Origin: Octopus bimaculoides
Lineage: Eukaryota
NCBI RefSeq assembly: GCF_001194135.2
Contig: NC_068995.1
Coordinates: 36,511,496 to 36,574,545, forward strand
Length of the DNA: 63,050 nucleotides
Direction of reading: 5' to 3'
Position 1 is the stretch's first letter, and each line of letters starts with the position of its first letter. A program made the translations under genes and the position numbers. This document shows positions 12,055 to 25,100 of the stretch, in pieces. The notes below the pieces were generated by a model that was given only the letters and a program-made list of their open reading frames with translations, was not told the DNA's origin and made no database searches.

Positions 12055-14037
12055 ATGTCGGACCTAATTGATAACTGGCGAGATGAGTTACTAATGAATA
12101 TACAAAATGACGTTAAATGGAAGGACTGGTCGAAAACGTTCAGTTCTGCTGAGACTAACAAAGAGAGATTCACTGCTGTTTACAACTTACCATTTATTGA
12201 TAAAGTAATAAGAATCGAAGAAATGTCAATTGGGAAGTCAGCATCAGATTCTACAGAGTTTCGAAACAAAGGAAATGCAGAATATGTGAAAAAAAATTAT
12301 CGAGAAGCATTTAGTTTTTATACAAGGAGCATCCAAAAAGCTCCAGGGATCGGAGATATGCTTGCACTGGGCTATGCCAATAGATCAGCTGTGTATTTTG
12401 ATATGCAAAAGTATCACCTCTGTTTGAAGGACATTGATTTAGCTCTCAAGAATGACTATCCTAAAAAACTGATGCATAAACTGTTAGAAAGACAAGGTAG
12501 ATCCAAGTATGAAATTGGTTTAAATGAGGAAGCCATCAAATATTTTGAAGAAGCCATAAAGAGTTTAGTAGACTCCAACCTAGAGAAAGATCGACAAATG
12601 GAACGACAAGCAAAACTTGAAAATTTCATCAAAGACTGTCACAATAAATCTAAAGCTAAGGTAAAGGCTGAAGAATGCAATGCTTTTATGAACCCACTTC
12701 CTAGTATTGAAGGAGAACGGAGCAGCCAGTTTCCATGTGCTTCAGATGCTATATGTATGAAATATTCCAAAAGTAAAGGAAGATATATTTCTGCTACCAG
12801 GGACATAAATGTTGGTGAAGTTCTTGCTATTGAGAAACCTTACAGCTCTGTGATCAATGATGATCATCATTCCAGCCATTGCCATCACTGTTGTAAAAGA
12901 GCAGAACATCCAATACCATGTTCTTCATGTGCAGAAGTTGTTTACTGCAACACAATTTGTCGAGAAGAATCTTGGAATCAGTACCACTCTGTAGAATGTT
13001 CCATTTTACTGTCAATCAAGCTGTTAGAGTATGATGTTTATCATCTGGCATTAAGAATGGTTATAAAAGCAAATTATGATTATATTAAGAATTTTGAGGA
13101 AAGTTTTGCTGATGAAAAATCTACAAAACCTTCAGCATTAGGGTTTAATAAATTAGGTCAATACGATTCTGAAGATTATTGGTCAATCTATAACCTTGTT
13201 AACCACTCAGAAGAAAGAACTTTCTCTGATCTATTTCGTCGAACATTAACAGCAGTTTATCTTTTGAAATGTCTAGAGAGAACTAAATTTTTTTCGAAAG
13301 CAGACGACTGCAAAGACATTCATCTTATTGTTGGTGGCCATATTCTTCGCCATCTTCAAATGTTACCATGCAATGCTCATGAGATAACTGAACTAAGCAT
13401 CAATCTAAAACAGCCCTTGAAGTCTAGCGCAGTTGACATTGGATCTGCTGTCTATGCCACACTCAGTTTATTCAATCATTCTTGTGATCCTAATGTTGTG
13501 CGACACAGCTATGGGAATCTGTGCGTTGTACGAGCCATCCATCACATTCCCAAAGGAATGGATGTCATTGACAGTTATGGCATTTTATATCCAGTCGACG
13601 ATAAAGAGAAACGAGAGGCTGAACTTGGTCGTCGATATTTCTTTGACTGTTCCTGTGTAGCCTGTGTTAATGACTGGCCATTGTATGATGACATTCCTAG
13701 CCATTCACCTTATTTTAAATGTGAGAAATGCTATCAGGTCCTTGGCCAATTTGAAAATGAAGACCAAGATTTTAATTGCAGAAATTGTGGCGAAAGACAA
13801 GTTTTATCTTACAGAGTGAAGGAGCTGATGATAATTGAGCCAAAATTTGATTCAATATTTAATGACGTACTTTCTGGAGATTATTCTGATGAAACTTTCT
13901 CTTTTCTTTTAAAACATTTGTCTTTATTGGAATCCTGGATATGTCGACCATGGCAAGACCTCAATAACTGTCAGGAAGCCTTGAAACAAATTTATAGCAC
14001 CAAAGCAAATCATTACATTTGTGTTGATAAACAGTGA
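12055..14037 (+). CDS. SMYD4: SET and MYND domain-containing protein 4-like lysine methyltransferase (660 aa, CDS in one exon)
   Basis: N-terminal TPR (FRNKGNAEYVKKNYREAFSFYTRSI, LALGYANRSAVYF), MYND finger (CHHC..C..C..YC...C...HSVEC), SET motifs FNHSCDPN and DSYG, post-SET FFDCSCVAC, and a further CEKC/CRNC. A splice acceptor sits at 12038-12039. Confidence 0.92.
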   Translation: MSDLIDNWRDELLMNIQNDVKWKDWSKTFSSAETNKERFTAVYNLPFIDKVIRIEEMSIGKSASDSTEFRNKGNAEYVKKNYREAFSFYTRSIQKAPGIGDMLALGYANRSAVYFDMQKYHLCLKDIDLALKNDYPKKLMHKLLERQGRSKYEIGLNEEAIKYFEEAIKSLVDSNLEKDRQMERQAKLENFIKDCHNKSKAKVKAEECNAFMNPLPSIEGERSSQFPCASDAICMKYSKSKGRYISATRDINVGEVLAIEKPYSSVINDDHHSSHCHHCCKRAEHPIPCSSCAEVVYCNTICREESWNQYHSVECSILLSIKLLEYDVYHLALRMVIKANYDYIKNFEESFADEKSTKPSALGFNKLGQYDSEDYWSIYNLVNHSEERTFSDLFRRTLTAVYLLKCLERTKFFSKADDCKDIHLIVGGHILRHLQMLPCNAHEITELSINLKQPLKSSAVDIGSAVYATLSLFNHSCDPNVVRHSYGNLCVVRAIHHIPKGMDVIDSYGILYPVDDKEKREAELGRRYFFDCSCVACVNDWPLYDDIPSHSPYFKCEKCYQVLGQFENEDQDFNCRNCGERQVLSYRVKELMIIEPKFDSIFNDVLSGDYSDETFSFLLKHLSLLESWICRPWQDLNNCQEALKQIYSTKANHYICVDKQ

Positions 14038-16229
14038 AATTCTTTCAATAGCCTTGAAAATGACAAATTTGGTTGTTTACTGCATGTGAAGCATCTCAAA
14101 AATAATTTATATGAAATTTATAAGCTAAGCTCAGAATTTTATGAACTGTTTTTTTTTTAAAGACTTACAACAATTTTTAGTATTTTATTAAAATGACATG
14201 CAATGAAGAGCTACATTAGCTTCAAGAGATTGGCAATAAGTTGAAAGAATAAATAACACTTAATGCTATCTGGATGAAAAACCACAAGTTAGTGTTAGCT
14301 TTAAAATAATCACTACATTAATTATTTTACCTACAATAACAAAGGAAAAACAATATCTGCCTTTGACTAATATCATCAATAATTTCAGCAAGTATGGGAG
14401 ACAACTTCAGATATGTTTTGGTCTTATAATGACCTCATTAATGAAGAATAAAATAGTCATTGCTTTTTTTTTTTTTTAACCACATTGCATAATTATTTTT
14501 AAACATAATTAATGCAGAGAGGATTAGAACATTAATGCTAAATTAAAGAAGATTGAAATCCTAACACTAAGTTGAAACCTTATTGTCTGTCTGTCATTTT
14601 ATTTTACCAAAGATATTCTTTTATTAGTTTCAGCCGGTGTTCTGTGGCCGTGCTGGAGTACTGCCAATTGTGATAAATAATTGTAATACAGTGGCAATTA
14701 TTATAAAGTTGATCATGTTGGTAAGCCAGAGACTGTGAGGAATTTTAACGGCTTTCAAGAAGTAAAACAAAAAATTCAAGCCAGTAATTTTTGTTGATGC
14801 AACAAATAAATAATATCAATAATAATATATTAAATATATTTGAGTAATTTATTGAAATCAATTATCTATTCCCTACCCCTTCCCTCCAAAGTTAATTATC
14901 CACTGACATTAGAGTGCCTTCTTCCAAATCAGTCTAGCATTTTTACTGGTTTTCAATAAAAAGCAAAGAATGTTTTCATGGTTATAAAAAAAAAATTAAC
15001 TTATTAACTTCATTTGTTAAATTCGTTTATCTCTATACTTTAATTTTTATAAGCATAAACTATATATATACACAGAAATAAAATAATAATAATATTATAT
15101 ATATATTAAAATAAATGAAAAAGTCCTAATATATACACAACATTTTGTTTTAAATGTAATTTCATGCATTTTATATATTTACTACTTTTCTAATTTATAA
15201 AGTATAGCTTCTGACCATATAAAGTTACAAGTCTTGCTTAAAAGATTGCAACGGAACACTGACTACAATCTTAAGCATTCATCTACAAACATCAGTTTAT
15301 TAGAAATGATTGTCTTAACATTGCTGAAATTGTCTCAAAGAGTCTTGGCTTTCATGAGAACACAGAAGTATTTCAACACCAAAGCCAGTCATTGATTCCA
15401 CAAGGTCTAATGTATTCTATTACTAAAGCTTCACATCTCTAATTCACATCCTCTGGAGACGGTCATCTTTGACTAAATTCAGAAGTAAGTACCCTGCGTC
15501 CTTAGTGAAAATTGAATGTATAAAGCAAATTTTTGATGGGAAGACTAAGGTGATTATGGTTCTGTTACAAGTGTCATGAGAATTGGAACTTAAAGATTGT
15601 GTCTAGAAGTTATCTTGAGACAAGTGTAGTACCAAAGGTATTGATGTGTCTGAGACAACAACTTTAGTATGGGCCATCTATATCTGATCAGGTTCAATCA
15701 AACATGTACCTAAAATGTATGACCATGTTGTGCTTAAATGGCAGTTAATTTGACTGAACCTAACTTTTCACAGCAAAATTTTATCAACGTCATTTGCTTC
15801 AGAGACGTACGAGGAAACCGTTATGTTGCTGCTAGTTGACCTACTAGAGATAACAGTCTAATGTTCCCAAATCAGACCCATCATCTTAAAGGGTTTCAAT
15901 GCCTTTCATTATAGGTCTGTTCAAACAGGGTCAACCAAGGGCTTAAATAACACTAACAATAAACTGTATAAGTCAACGAGGGAACCATTACTGAATTTGT
16001 TATTTGGTTGCTGAACTTACTAGAAACAACAATCAAACTGCCCACAAATCCAAACAAATTGTCCTGGGAAAGGAAGGAACATGTTTGATGGTGGATGTTC
16101 CATTGGTCACTCCACTGAAAGTCCAACTCATATTGAATAAATACCAATTGACATTAACATGTCCCTTAACCCGTTAGGTCTTGTTAGGGTGCTGCAGCCA
16201 ATGCAGCGTATCTTGGGTGAGAAAGCCTG

Positions 16230-16555
16230 GTGGAGCCCGTCCCCCACTAGGCTAAACTCATTTCTACAGCTAAGTGCACTGGAGCAACACGAAAAGTGTT
16301 TTGTTTGAGAACAATGGAGCGCCTGGTCCAGGGATCAAAACCACAATCTTACGATTGTGAATCCAACACCCTAACCACTAAGCGATGTGCCTCCACTAGT
16401 GGTACTCATTTCTACAGCTGAGTGGATTGGAGCAACGTGAAACGAAGTGTTTTGCTCAAGAACACAATGCATCACCTGGTCCAGGAATCGAAACTACAAT
16501 CTTATGATCATAAATCCAACACCCTAACCACTAAGCCACATGCTTTCACATAAAC
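16230..16555 (-). mobile_element. Two tandem tRNA-SINE heads (CTACAGCTGAGTG.ACTGGAGCAAC family)
   Basis: Repeated CTCATTTCTACAGCT...CACCCTAACCACTAAGC; same family at 35545 and 59080. Confidence 0.75.
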
Positions 16556-17582
16556 ACCTATACCCTTCCCTTAATTCCCAAACCAAAACATGACAAGGCT
16601 GGTCTTTTGAATTACAGCTACACTTCATACAATGGGCTTCAGCAGTTTTCATCTATCCAATTGTACTCAAAAGTCTTAGGTTGATTCCAAAACTCTGTCA
16701 AAGATACTTGTCCAAGATGTCACACAGTGAGATTGAACTCAGGACTTGATTGTGAAGTGAACTTCTAAACCACTCAGCCATGACTGCACCCATGCATTAG
16801 ACAATAGAATTCTAGATACCCTTCATAAGATGGGATGGTCATGGCTGGGGTGCCTTTGATCAGCACTGATCTTGTGGGAGGAGAATAAACCACAACAACT
16901 ATATGGCACAGTGAGTGAAGTAGGCTGAGGCTTCACCCAGTTTCCCCTGTGTTTAGTGGTTGAGAAACATTTTTGCTCTCTAGAAAGAGGTTGCCAGCCT
17001 AGTGAAGAATTTGAACTTGGTACTCTAAGTTAATGAACACAAAGGTTGCATATACATTGCATCTTATTTTGTAAGGCACCATTTAATTAAATTTTCTCAT
17101 AAAAAATTTTTTAAAAAAATCTAACAAACTTATGGGATACATGCAACACACATGACCTCCACTTCCCACACAGACCCTCCATGTTGTTCAATCTGCTAGA
17201 ACCACACCTTAGGGTTGACTTGGGGTTGAAAAATAACCTGAAAAACACAGCAGTGAACTGTACCTGCTACCGATATTTATAGTTAGGCAGACAAGAATTT
17301 GTAAATATTTAAGACCTGTTGTGAAGGAAAGAAAAACTCAACCACAGAAAACCAACTCAACAATTTAGCCAACTATAGTTCTTGAGGAAATTATATTCGA
17401 TGAAATTCAAGGCATATGTATCAGGTAGTAAATGATAGCTAAAATGAGATATATCAATTAAGACTAACTAGCAAGACAAACAGATCAGCTGTTAAGAACT
17501 TAAGCTTCATGACTGAGAAGATAACAGACCGAGGTAGTTTAGTGAGACTTCAGTAGACTTCACCAATACTAACTATATACTA

Positions 17583-17900
17583 CTGGCACTCCATTGGTTA
17601 CGACGATGAGGGTTCCAGTTGATCTGATTAATAGAACAGCCTGCTTGTAAAATTAACGGGCAAGTGGCAGAGCACTCCACAGACATGTGTACCCTTAATG
17701 TAGTTCTCAGGGAGATTTAGTATGACACAGGACGTGACAAAGCTGGCCCTTTAAATTACAGGTACTACTCATGTCTGCCAGCTGTGTGAACCAAAGCAAT
17801 GTGAAATAAAGAGTCTTGCTCAAAAACATAATGCATCGCCAGGAATTGAACTCATAACCTTACGATCGTGAGCCGAATACCCTAACCACTAAGCCACACC
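17583..17900 (-). mobile_element. tRNA-SINE (TGGCACTCCGTCG...GTGGCTGAGCACTCCACAG family)
   Basis: Similar to 26615-27000 and 28080-28260; tRNA-like head at the right end. Confidence 0.8.
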
Positions 17901-18824
17901 CCTTTACAACTAACTACATAACCATAAGAAAAAACAAAACAAAATAAAAAGAAAACTAATGCTATGTTGATGAAAGTAACTACTGTATAATAGAAACTTT
18001 AAATTATTATGAATATTAAATTTCATAATGGCTAAGTTGGAAAAGTAAGAGTGTATCAATACATACCTTTATACAATAACAGAAAAAAAAACAAACAAAG
18101 GCAATAGACCAGGTCTTTTGGAATTCAGTAAAAATTTATGATATGCTTAATATTTACAGCAGAAATAATCACAGAATTTGTTCCATACTTTTTTTTTTTT
18201 CTCTCTTTCTTCCTCAATTTCATCACTCATTTTTCGGATAATTGAAAAGTAAGAGATGCAATGGCAGCAAGAGGAAGTATTTTCACAGAATGCCTATATT
18301 CTATTATTATTATTATTATCATTATTATTATTATTATTATTATTAACAGATACTTTTTTTTTAATCATATCACAAAAGCAAGTCACTGCAAGCCCACGAA
18401 GAAAGGCATCCAGTACATGCAATGTGGAAAGAAAGCAACAGGATTAGCTAAGAAATGCAGCCAAAAGACAAAAAAAAAAAAATCTGATTCTTCAACTGCA
18501 CTACTGCTGCTAATACCATTTCAACCAAAGCATAGTATATTTTCGTTTGGTCTTCCTTTCTCAAATCAACTGAAATTGTCATGTCATAATGACATATCTG
18601 CAGTTATTGTTCAAGTTACTTTTTGAAAGAAAAGAAAAAACAATAGAAACCTCAGGAGGCCACTGAGATAAAAGCAGCTCAGTAGATTTGATGAGGAAGT
18701 TGGTCGTCAAACCCTATTCAGCCGACATCAAGCCTGGTCTCGGCCGTTAGGCTTCTAAATAACTCTCTAAGTTAATGAAAGACCTTTCTGAAGTTAAATC
18801 ACTTCTACAGGATGAAAGCACTCA

Positions 18825-19181
18825 TCAAGAGACATCTTTCAAACATTTTTCGTTTTTGCGAGTTTTCTCGTTCTTATTGGTCCGATTAGTTTTTGGAGAA
18901 ATTTTCGTTTTGGATAGTGAGTCTTTCTTTTGACTTTTGTCTTTTGAGAAAGTGTTCTCGTTTTTTGGTGCCGCCCCACTGATATCATAGCAGTTATTTG
19001 ACTGAGACATTTTTTGTTCATTCTGGCTCACTTTATTGCTTTTAAATGGACTTTCAGCACAACTTTTGCCATCTTCGCTGTTGTTGTTATCTTTTATATC
19101 CTTGTTTATATCACAGTGCTCTTTATGCCGACTTCGAAGGATTTTATTGTAGACCCAATCTTCTCCATCTAGGTGAAAGTG
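18825..19181 (-). CDS. OSBPL11: OSBPL11-like terminal exon ([13 protein letters not shown]...CLKDVS*)
   Basis: Polypyrimidine acceptor TTTTACTTCAG; the D-G-x-x-W-V-Y segment matches the ORD end; two consecutive TGA codons. Confidence 0.88.
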   Translation of the reverse strand, partial: HFHLDGEDWVYNKILRSRHKEHCDINKDIKDNNNSEDGKSCAESPFKSNKVSQNEQKMSQSNNCYDISGAAPKNENTFSKDKSQKKDSLSKTKISPKTNRTNKNEKTRKNEKCLKDVS

Positions 19182-22100
19182 CTGAAGTAAAAACAAAAGA
19201 AAAAAAAAATAAAAGTACCAAACTGTTCAAAAGAAAGTATAAAAGATGGTCATTGACCCTTTTGATAGCAACCCTCCTAAAACAGAACCATTGGTTGTAT
19301 GATACAAATTCCCAGTTTTAACCCTTTAGCATTCAGATTATTCTGTTAAAATTAAAGCTTATTTATTCACATTATTTTGAATTAAGCGTGAATTACCTTG
19401 TAACTCCAAGAATTTGATAATGTAATTGTTTATTTTTACAATGACATAGTAGGTTAAGTGTGAGAGGTTAGATCCAGCTGGTTTCAACATAAAATAGAAT
19501 ATTTTGGCCTGCTGAAGGGTTAAAGAGATCTACATTAAAACCTATCGTCAGAATTTCATGACAACTATTTAATTAATCCTTAATTATTTTCAAAATTAAT
19601 TGAAACAAAGATAGTATATTTATTTCAACAGAAATATGGTAACAAAAGGATTAATAATATTGTACTGAAAGAGAACCAATACAAAGTCGAAGAATTCTGA
19701 AAAAAAATCTGTGCATCTTTGGTTGGGGTTGTCTATCATCTGGAAAGGTTCTGTGACTACAACTGGCTACAGGCTAAGAACACACTTGAAAGAAAGACAA
19801 AATAGAAAACAGAACACCGTAACTAAGGCTTGGGCCATTTCTTCCCAATGCTCCCCAAAATTTGTTTATATATAAGATCTAAAGACTCTTTTATATATAA
19901 AATCTAAATATAATACAGAATGTTACAATTTAAATAAAAGAAAGGCTTATAACTACAGTAACACTACTTTATGTTTACATACCGGCTTCAGAACTGTAGA
20001 ACATATGCAAGGGGGAGCTGAATAGTTCCTGGCTTTGGATAAAAGAAAATATTAGAGGATCAGTTAATTATGATTTTATGCAACATATTCCTTTCTTAGA
20101 TTCACACACTTATTGCAGCAGTCCTTCAGTTTTTGTAAGCCCTGTGAAAGAACTCAGAAGGTTGGGCCTCCAACCAGACCTTTTGTGATACCCTTAAAGC
20201 CAGGACACTTTTCAGCATCCACTCAAATATTCTGAAGAGAATATAAAATTCTTAAAACAAACCTTCGTTGCAAACTCTGTATTTGTTTCTTTCCGTAATC
20301 TTTCCCCTTCTCGTTGACGGTCTTCCAACTAAAGATTAAAAAGAAATAAAGAGGAATAAGCAGGTTGAAACCACAGAGAAATAGTGTGTGTGTGTGTGTG
20401 TGCACATGCATACATGTGCACCTATGCATGACAATGTTCACATACTTGCTATCACATTTTCAATTAAGGATGTTTTAATTGAAAACAAAAAAAACCCCGT
20501 TATATGACAGGAGACAAATATCATCCTGGATAGAATATGAACCTATTGTCAGTTAACTTCTCAGACAGACTGACAGGTAAACAGAATAAATAAAAAAGTT
20601 GCCTTGCAGGACAACACAATGATTGTATATGAAATCAATACTTGTAGTTAGTATTAAAAGCAAACTGAGATGTTTGCATCTCATTCATTTGGCCACAGTG
20701 GCAGATTAATAATTATATACATACAAAATAATAGTTCTTTTTATACTACTTTTGAGCACTATGCTAGTTGCTAAAAGTATATTCATTCAATAAACATATC
20801 TAACTTTAATTCATTAGAATACCTCAACTGGTATACTCACAAATTTCTTGTGTTCTGTAGCAATATTTACATCTCCCAGTTTCAAAGCATTAGTGACATG
20901 TTGCCAGAGTCTCCTTGACTCAAATTCTCCTTGCATTGAAATAGGGCGAACACACTTTCTCATAATCTCCAGACTACTTACATCAATAGTTTTTGTTTCT
21001 CCCTAAAATCAATGAAATAATACATATTGAACAGCACTGATTAAGATTTCAGACAGATTAAGAAAAATTTCAAGATTTGAATTTTGCTGATTGTTAAAAA
21101 TCTGTAGCTATTATTTACAGACACAACTATAAATTCTATTTCAAGTGGATGGAAGTTGTGGAAGAGGGAGACCCAGGAAGACATGGGATGAAGTATTAAA
21201 GGCAAATCTCAAAACACTGAACCTTATGAACAGGACCAAAATATGTGGCACACTGCTATGCTCCAGAAGACACACCCACCACAACAGAATTGAGATCCCA
21301 AAACTGATGTACTACATAAAAAGGACTGCTGTGGATGCTGGTGCCACATAAAAAAAAGCACCCAGTACACTCTATAAAGTGGTTGGCATTAGGAAGAGCA
21401 TCCAGCCATAGAAACCAAACCATGCCTTAAAAAGTTTGGTCAAACAAAATACTGCTGAGAATCTTGTCCAGCATGCTAACAATTCTGCCAGCCTGCTGCG
21501 TTAACAACAACAACAACAATAATAATAATGGTTTCAAATTTTTTCACAAGGGCAGCCATTTTTGGAGCGGCGGGCAAAATACCACTAAGCACTTTGTCCA
21601 GTGTGCTAATGATTCTGCAAGCTTGCCGCCTTAATAATAATAATGGTTTCTTACCTAGGCAAAAAGCCAGCAATTTTAGTGGTGGGGAGGGATAGTCAAT
21701 TCCATTGGCACCAATATTTGAAAGGAACTTTAAATTGACTCCAGAGGGACAAAAGACAAAGTCGACTACAGTGGGATTTTGAACTCAGACTGTAAATAGC
21801 CAAAATAAATAACACAAGACATTTTTTCCGATGCTCTAATGATTTTTCTGATCTAACAAAACTGCCAGATAAATGCAAAATTTCATTCACAAGTATGATG
21901 TGACACAGGCGTGACTCTGTGGTAAGAAGCTTGCTTCCCAATCACAAGGTTTGGGGTCCATCCTCACAGTGAGCCACCTTGGACAAGTATCTTCTACTAT
22001 AGCCATAGGCCAACCAAAGCTTTGTGAGTGGATTTAGTAAATGGAAATTGAAAGAAGCACATTGAGAGTGTGTGCATGCATGTGTATTTGTGAGTGTATG

Positions 22101-25100
22101 TATGTGTAGATATTACCTCCTTGACATTGTGTAATGTCTTGTCATGGAGATACATTACCCTGCCTGAAAATGGGTGAGGGTTGGTGACAGGAGGAGCATG
22201 TGGCTGTAAAAAAATCTGCCTCAACAAAATTCCATCTGACCCATGTGAGCATGGAAAAATGGACATTAAACCAATGACGATGATGAATTATAAACGGATT
22301 AATTGGTTGATGATTGTGGGATAATTACAATTATAACCTTAGGGTAATTATATAATTGTATTTAAAAACTTAGGTCAAGTGAATTCACACACACACAAAA
22401 ATATTTAATAAAAATTACATTTTCATAAGTAAATTCAAAATAATTATTCCATTCTCCTTGCCCTTTACATATGATGGTACCCATATTATTTTTCACTTCT
22501 GCTGCAATCCGATGAAGTTTACCTCCATAAAAAGGCTGCAAGTGAAAGAGAATTCAATTAATTCAACTGGTTTAGTTTATAGTCTTCAATTTAAAACAAG
22601 AGCAAAACAAAAAAAAACAAAAAAAAAAAAACAACAGAAAATGAAAATAATTTTTAAAATATTGTATCTATATCATAGCAGTATTACATTNNNNNNNNNN
22701 TTGAGACACACTGTGTTTACTTCAATTAATTTTATGTGTAACAAAGAATTTCATAAAATTACTTTATTATTAAGCTGCTGTTGGAAATATAAATTAAAAC
22801 TAAGTTTAGGTGGAAGATTTTAATTCAGATCATTTGAAATCAAGACATTTGTAATACAGAGCCAGATGAAGTCTCAGGCAGGTTGGTATCAAAAGGGTTA
22901 AGCAAAGATATTTTTGGTCAACAGCAGAAATCTAATAAGTTCCCTGGCATATTCCAGGAGTTTCCATCAATCTTTATGAAACAGTATTAGTTCAAAATAG
23001 CATTCTGCATATCTAACTTAAACAGGACTATACAGAATGCTATTCTGAATTATTACTGCTTACATCACTAATAACAAATTTTTACCCAGCCTGCTTAACT
23101 ATTTGCAACACCAGTGATTAACAAATCTATATAAGTAGAAGCAAAATTTGTCTAAATATGTGATTGACAGTGGATACTCACTTGTGATGATGCAGAAAGA
23201 CACAGACATCATGATTTAGTAATTTCACCACCACCACTGGATGCTTTTGTCTACTGCTGACACACTTCTGTGTGTTTTAGTACTTATACATGTATACAAA
23301 AAAGCTCTCGCGAGGCAAATACTGCAGTGTTGTGGCTTTCTACATTATATCCAAGCTAATTAAGATATACAGAATCACCATCATGATTTAACGTCTGTTG
23401 TCCATGTTGGCATGGGTTGGACAGTTTGACCAGAGCTGGTAAGCTACACCAGACTCCAGTCTGATTTGGCATGGATTCTACAACTGGATGTCCTTCCTAA
23501 TGCCAACCACTTTACACAGTGTGCTTTTATGTGGCACCACATGTGCACTTTTATGTAACACCACACGGGCACTTTTACATGATGCCACACATCCGCTTTT
23601 ACAACAGTAAAATGGTTTCTACCATCCCATGAGATTTGAAATGAAGACTGTAGGCTAATGAAACACTTGTTAATTAAGTATTGATCTTTCAGTTAATTGT
23701 AGTAAATCGTACCTACATACAGCTGAATAGACATAGATATTAAGAGTTAGTTAAAGTCTGCACCAGAGACAACAAATAATACTTCTGGAAAAGTACAAAC
23801 AGTTCAACTGGTAGTTCAATAACGATCAAGTAAAGAATGACTTATTTTAGATAAATAATTTTTTATTCTTCATTATTTGTTACGGTTTGTCTTGCCAGTT
23901 TGTGTATTATTAAATGACCAAAAGCCAACACCAGCAGCTAAAATGTATAATAATGCAAACATACATTTTTGGTTGTTAAAGAGTTGTTTCAAAATCAAAT
24001 ATGTTGTTTCTACTGAAAGTTTGTCAACATAAGATGTAGTCACTTAAATCAATGAGAAAACTGTGTAAAAACACATATCTAAGAAAATAGCACATTTTGT
24101 AACTTAAGCATATTTAATGTACACTATACTCCACTCACTAATCATGGCCATGAGAACATAAAGATAGAGAACAATGGTAAAGAATCAATGATGCTTATTA
24201 CTACATTAGAAATTAATGGCAGAAGAGATGGGAGAAAAGTATTGATATTTCTCTCTGAGTAGCAATTAAAGAGTAATTATTCAATGAATTGATTTAGTAG
24301 AAAATATTAACATACCTTAGTATGGAATGTTACAGCAGCAGAATAACCAGTCTTGCGACAATTAATGTTAATCTTGTCTCCAAGCTCTACCCAAGGAACT
24401 GTGAGAATTGACCGAGCATAAACACTTGGTAGACCAAATACATATTCTTCATCAAACTCCAATAAATTCAATGATACTGGAATATGAAAATTCGAATAGT
24501 TATCATCATTATAGTTTTAATGTCCATATTTCCATGGCTTAAAAGTGTTCTAAAATTTGAATATTACAATACAATAATTACAGAACAAAAAGAATACAAG
24601 AGATGCTGGTTAATTCAGTCTCCAATAAGAAGTTTGACAATGAGGATTCAATCGTTTAACTAAATCATTTGCTCCTGAATTTATGCTTAAGTAGGCTGAG
24701 TACTCTTTCGTGAAGGTGCATGGCTCAATAACAAGAGTAATATGAAAAATTTATCACATCCTTCTAAAAGGATACAAAAAAAAAGTTTTAAAAAAAAAAC
24801 AAAAAAAAAAACACCATTCAGGATGGGTTTTTGATTTTGATATTTCAGCTGAACTTCATTTGAACTTAATTGAGTATAGTGCAAAAAGTCTGATAAAAAC
24901 ACCCCAGTTGGTCACTGTAAAAACACATGACAAAGTTACTGATTTCAATTTTGTTAATGCAAACCACCACCAACATTTTCAGATTCCAGGTTTTACCACA
25001 TTAAATATACACTTGACCAAGATTCTCAGCAAGTTAACCTGTTTTATCTCAGGTGTAAAGTTCTTGAAGAGAAGATGGCTTCATTTATTTGATTTCAGAA

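Noticed and set aside
13433-13660. 75-aa ORF nested in another frame of SMYD4
   Set aside because: Non-ATG start; expected by chance in a long CDS.
18261-18626. ORF on + sharing KKATGL with ORF 18-305
   Set aside because: It includes an (ATT)n tract; a ~14-nt match is expected by chance in 63 kb of AT-rich DNA.
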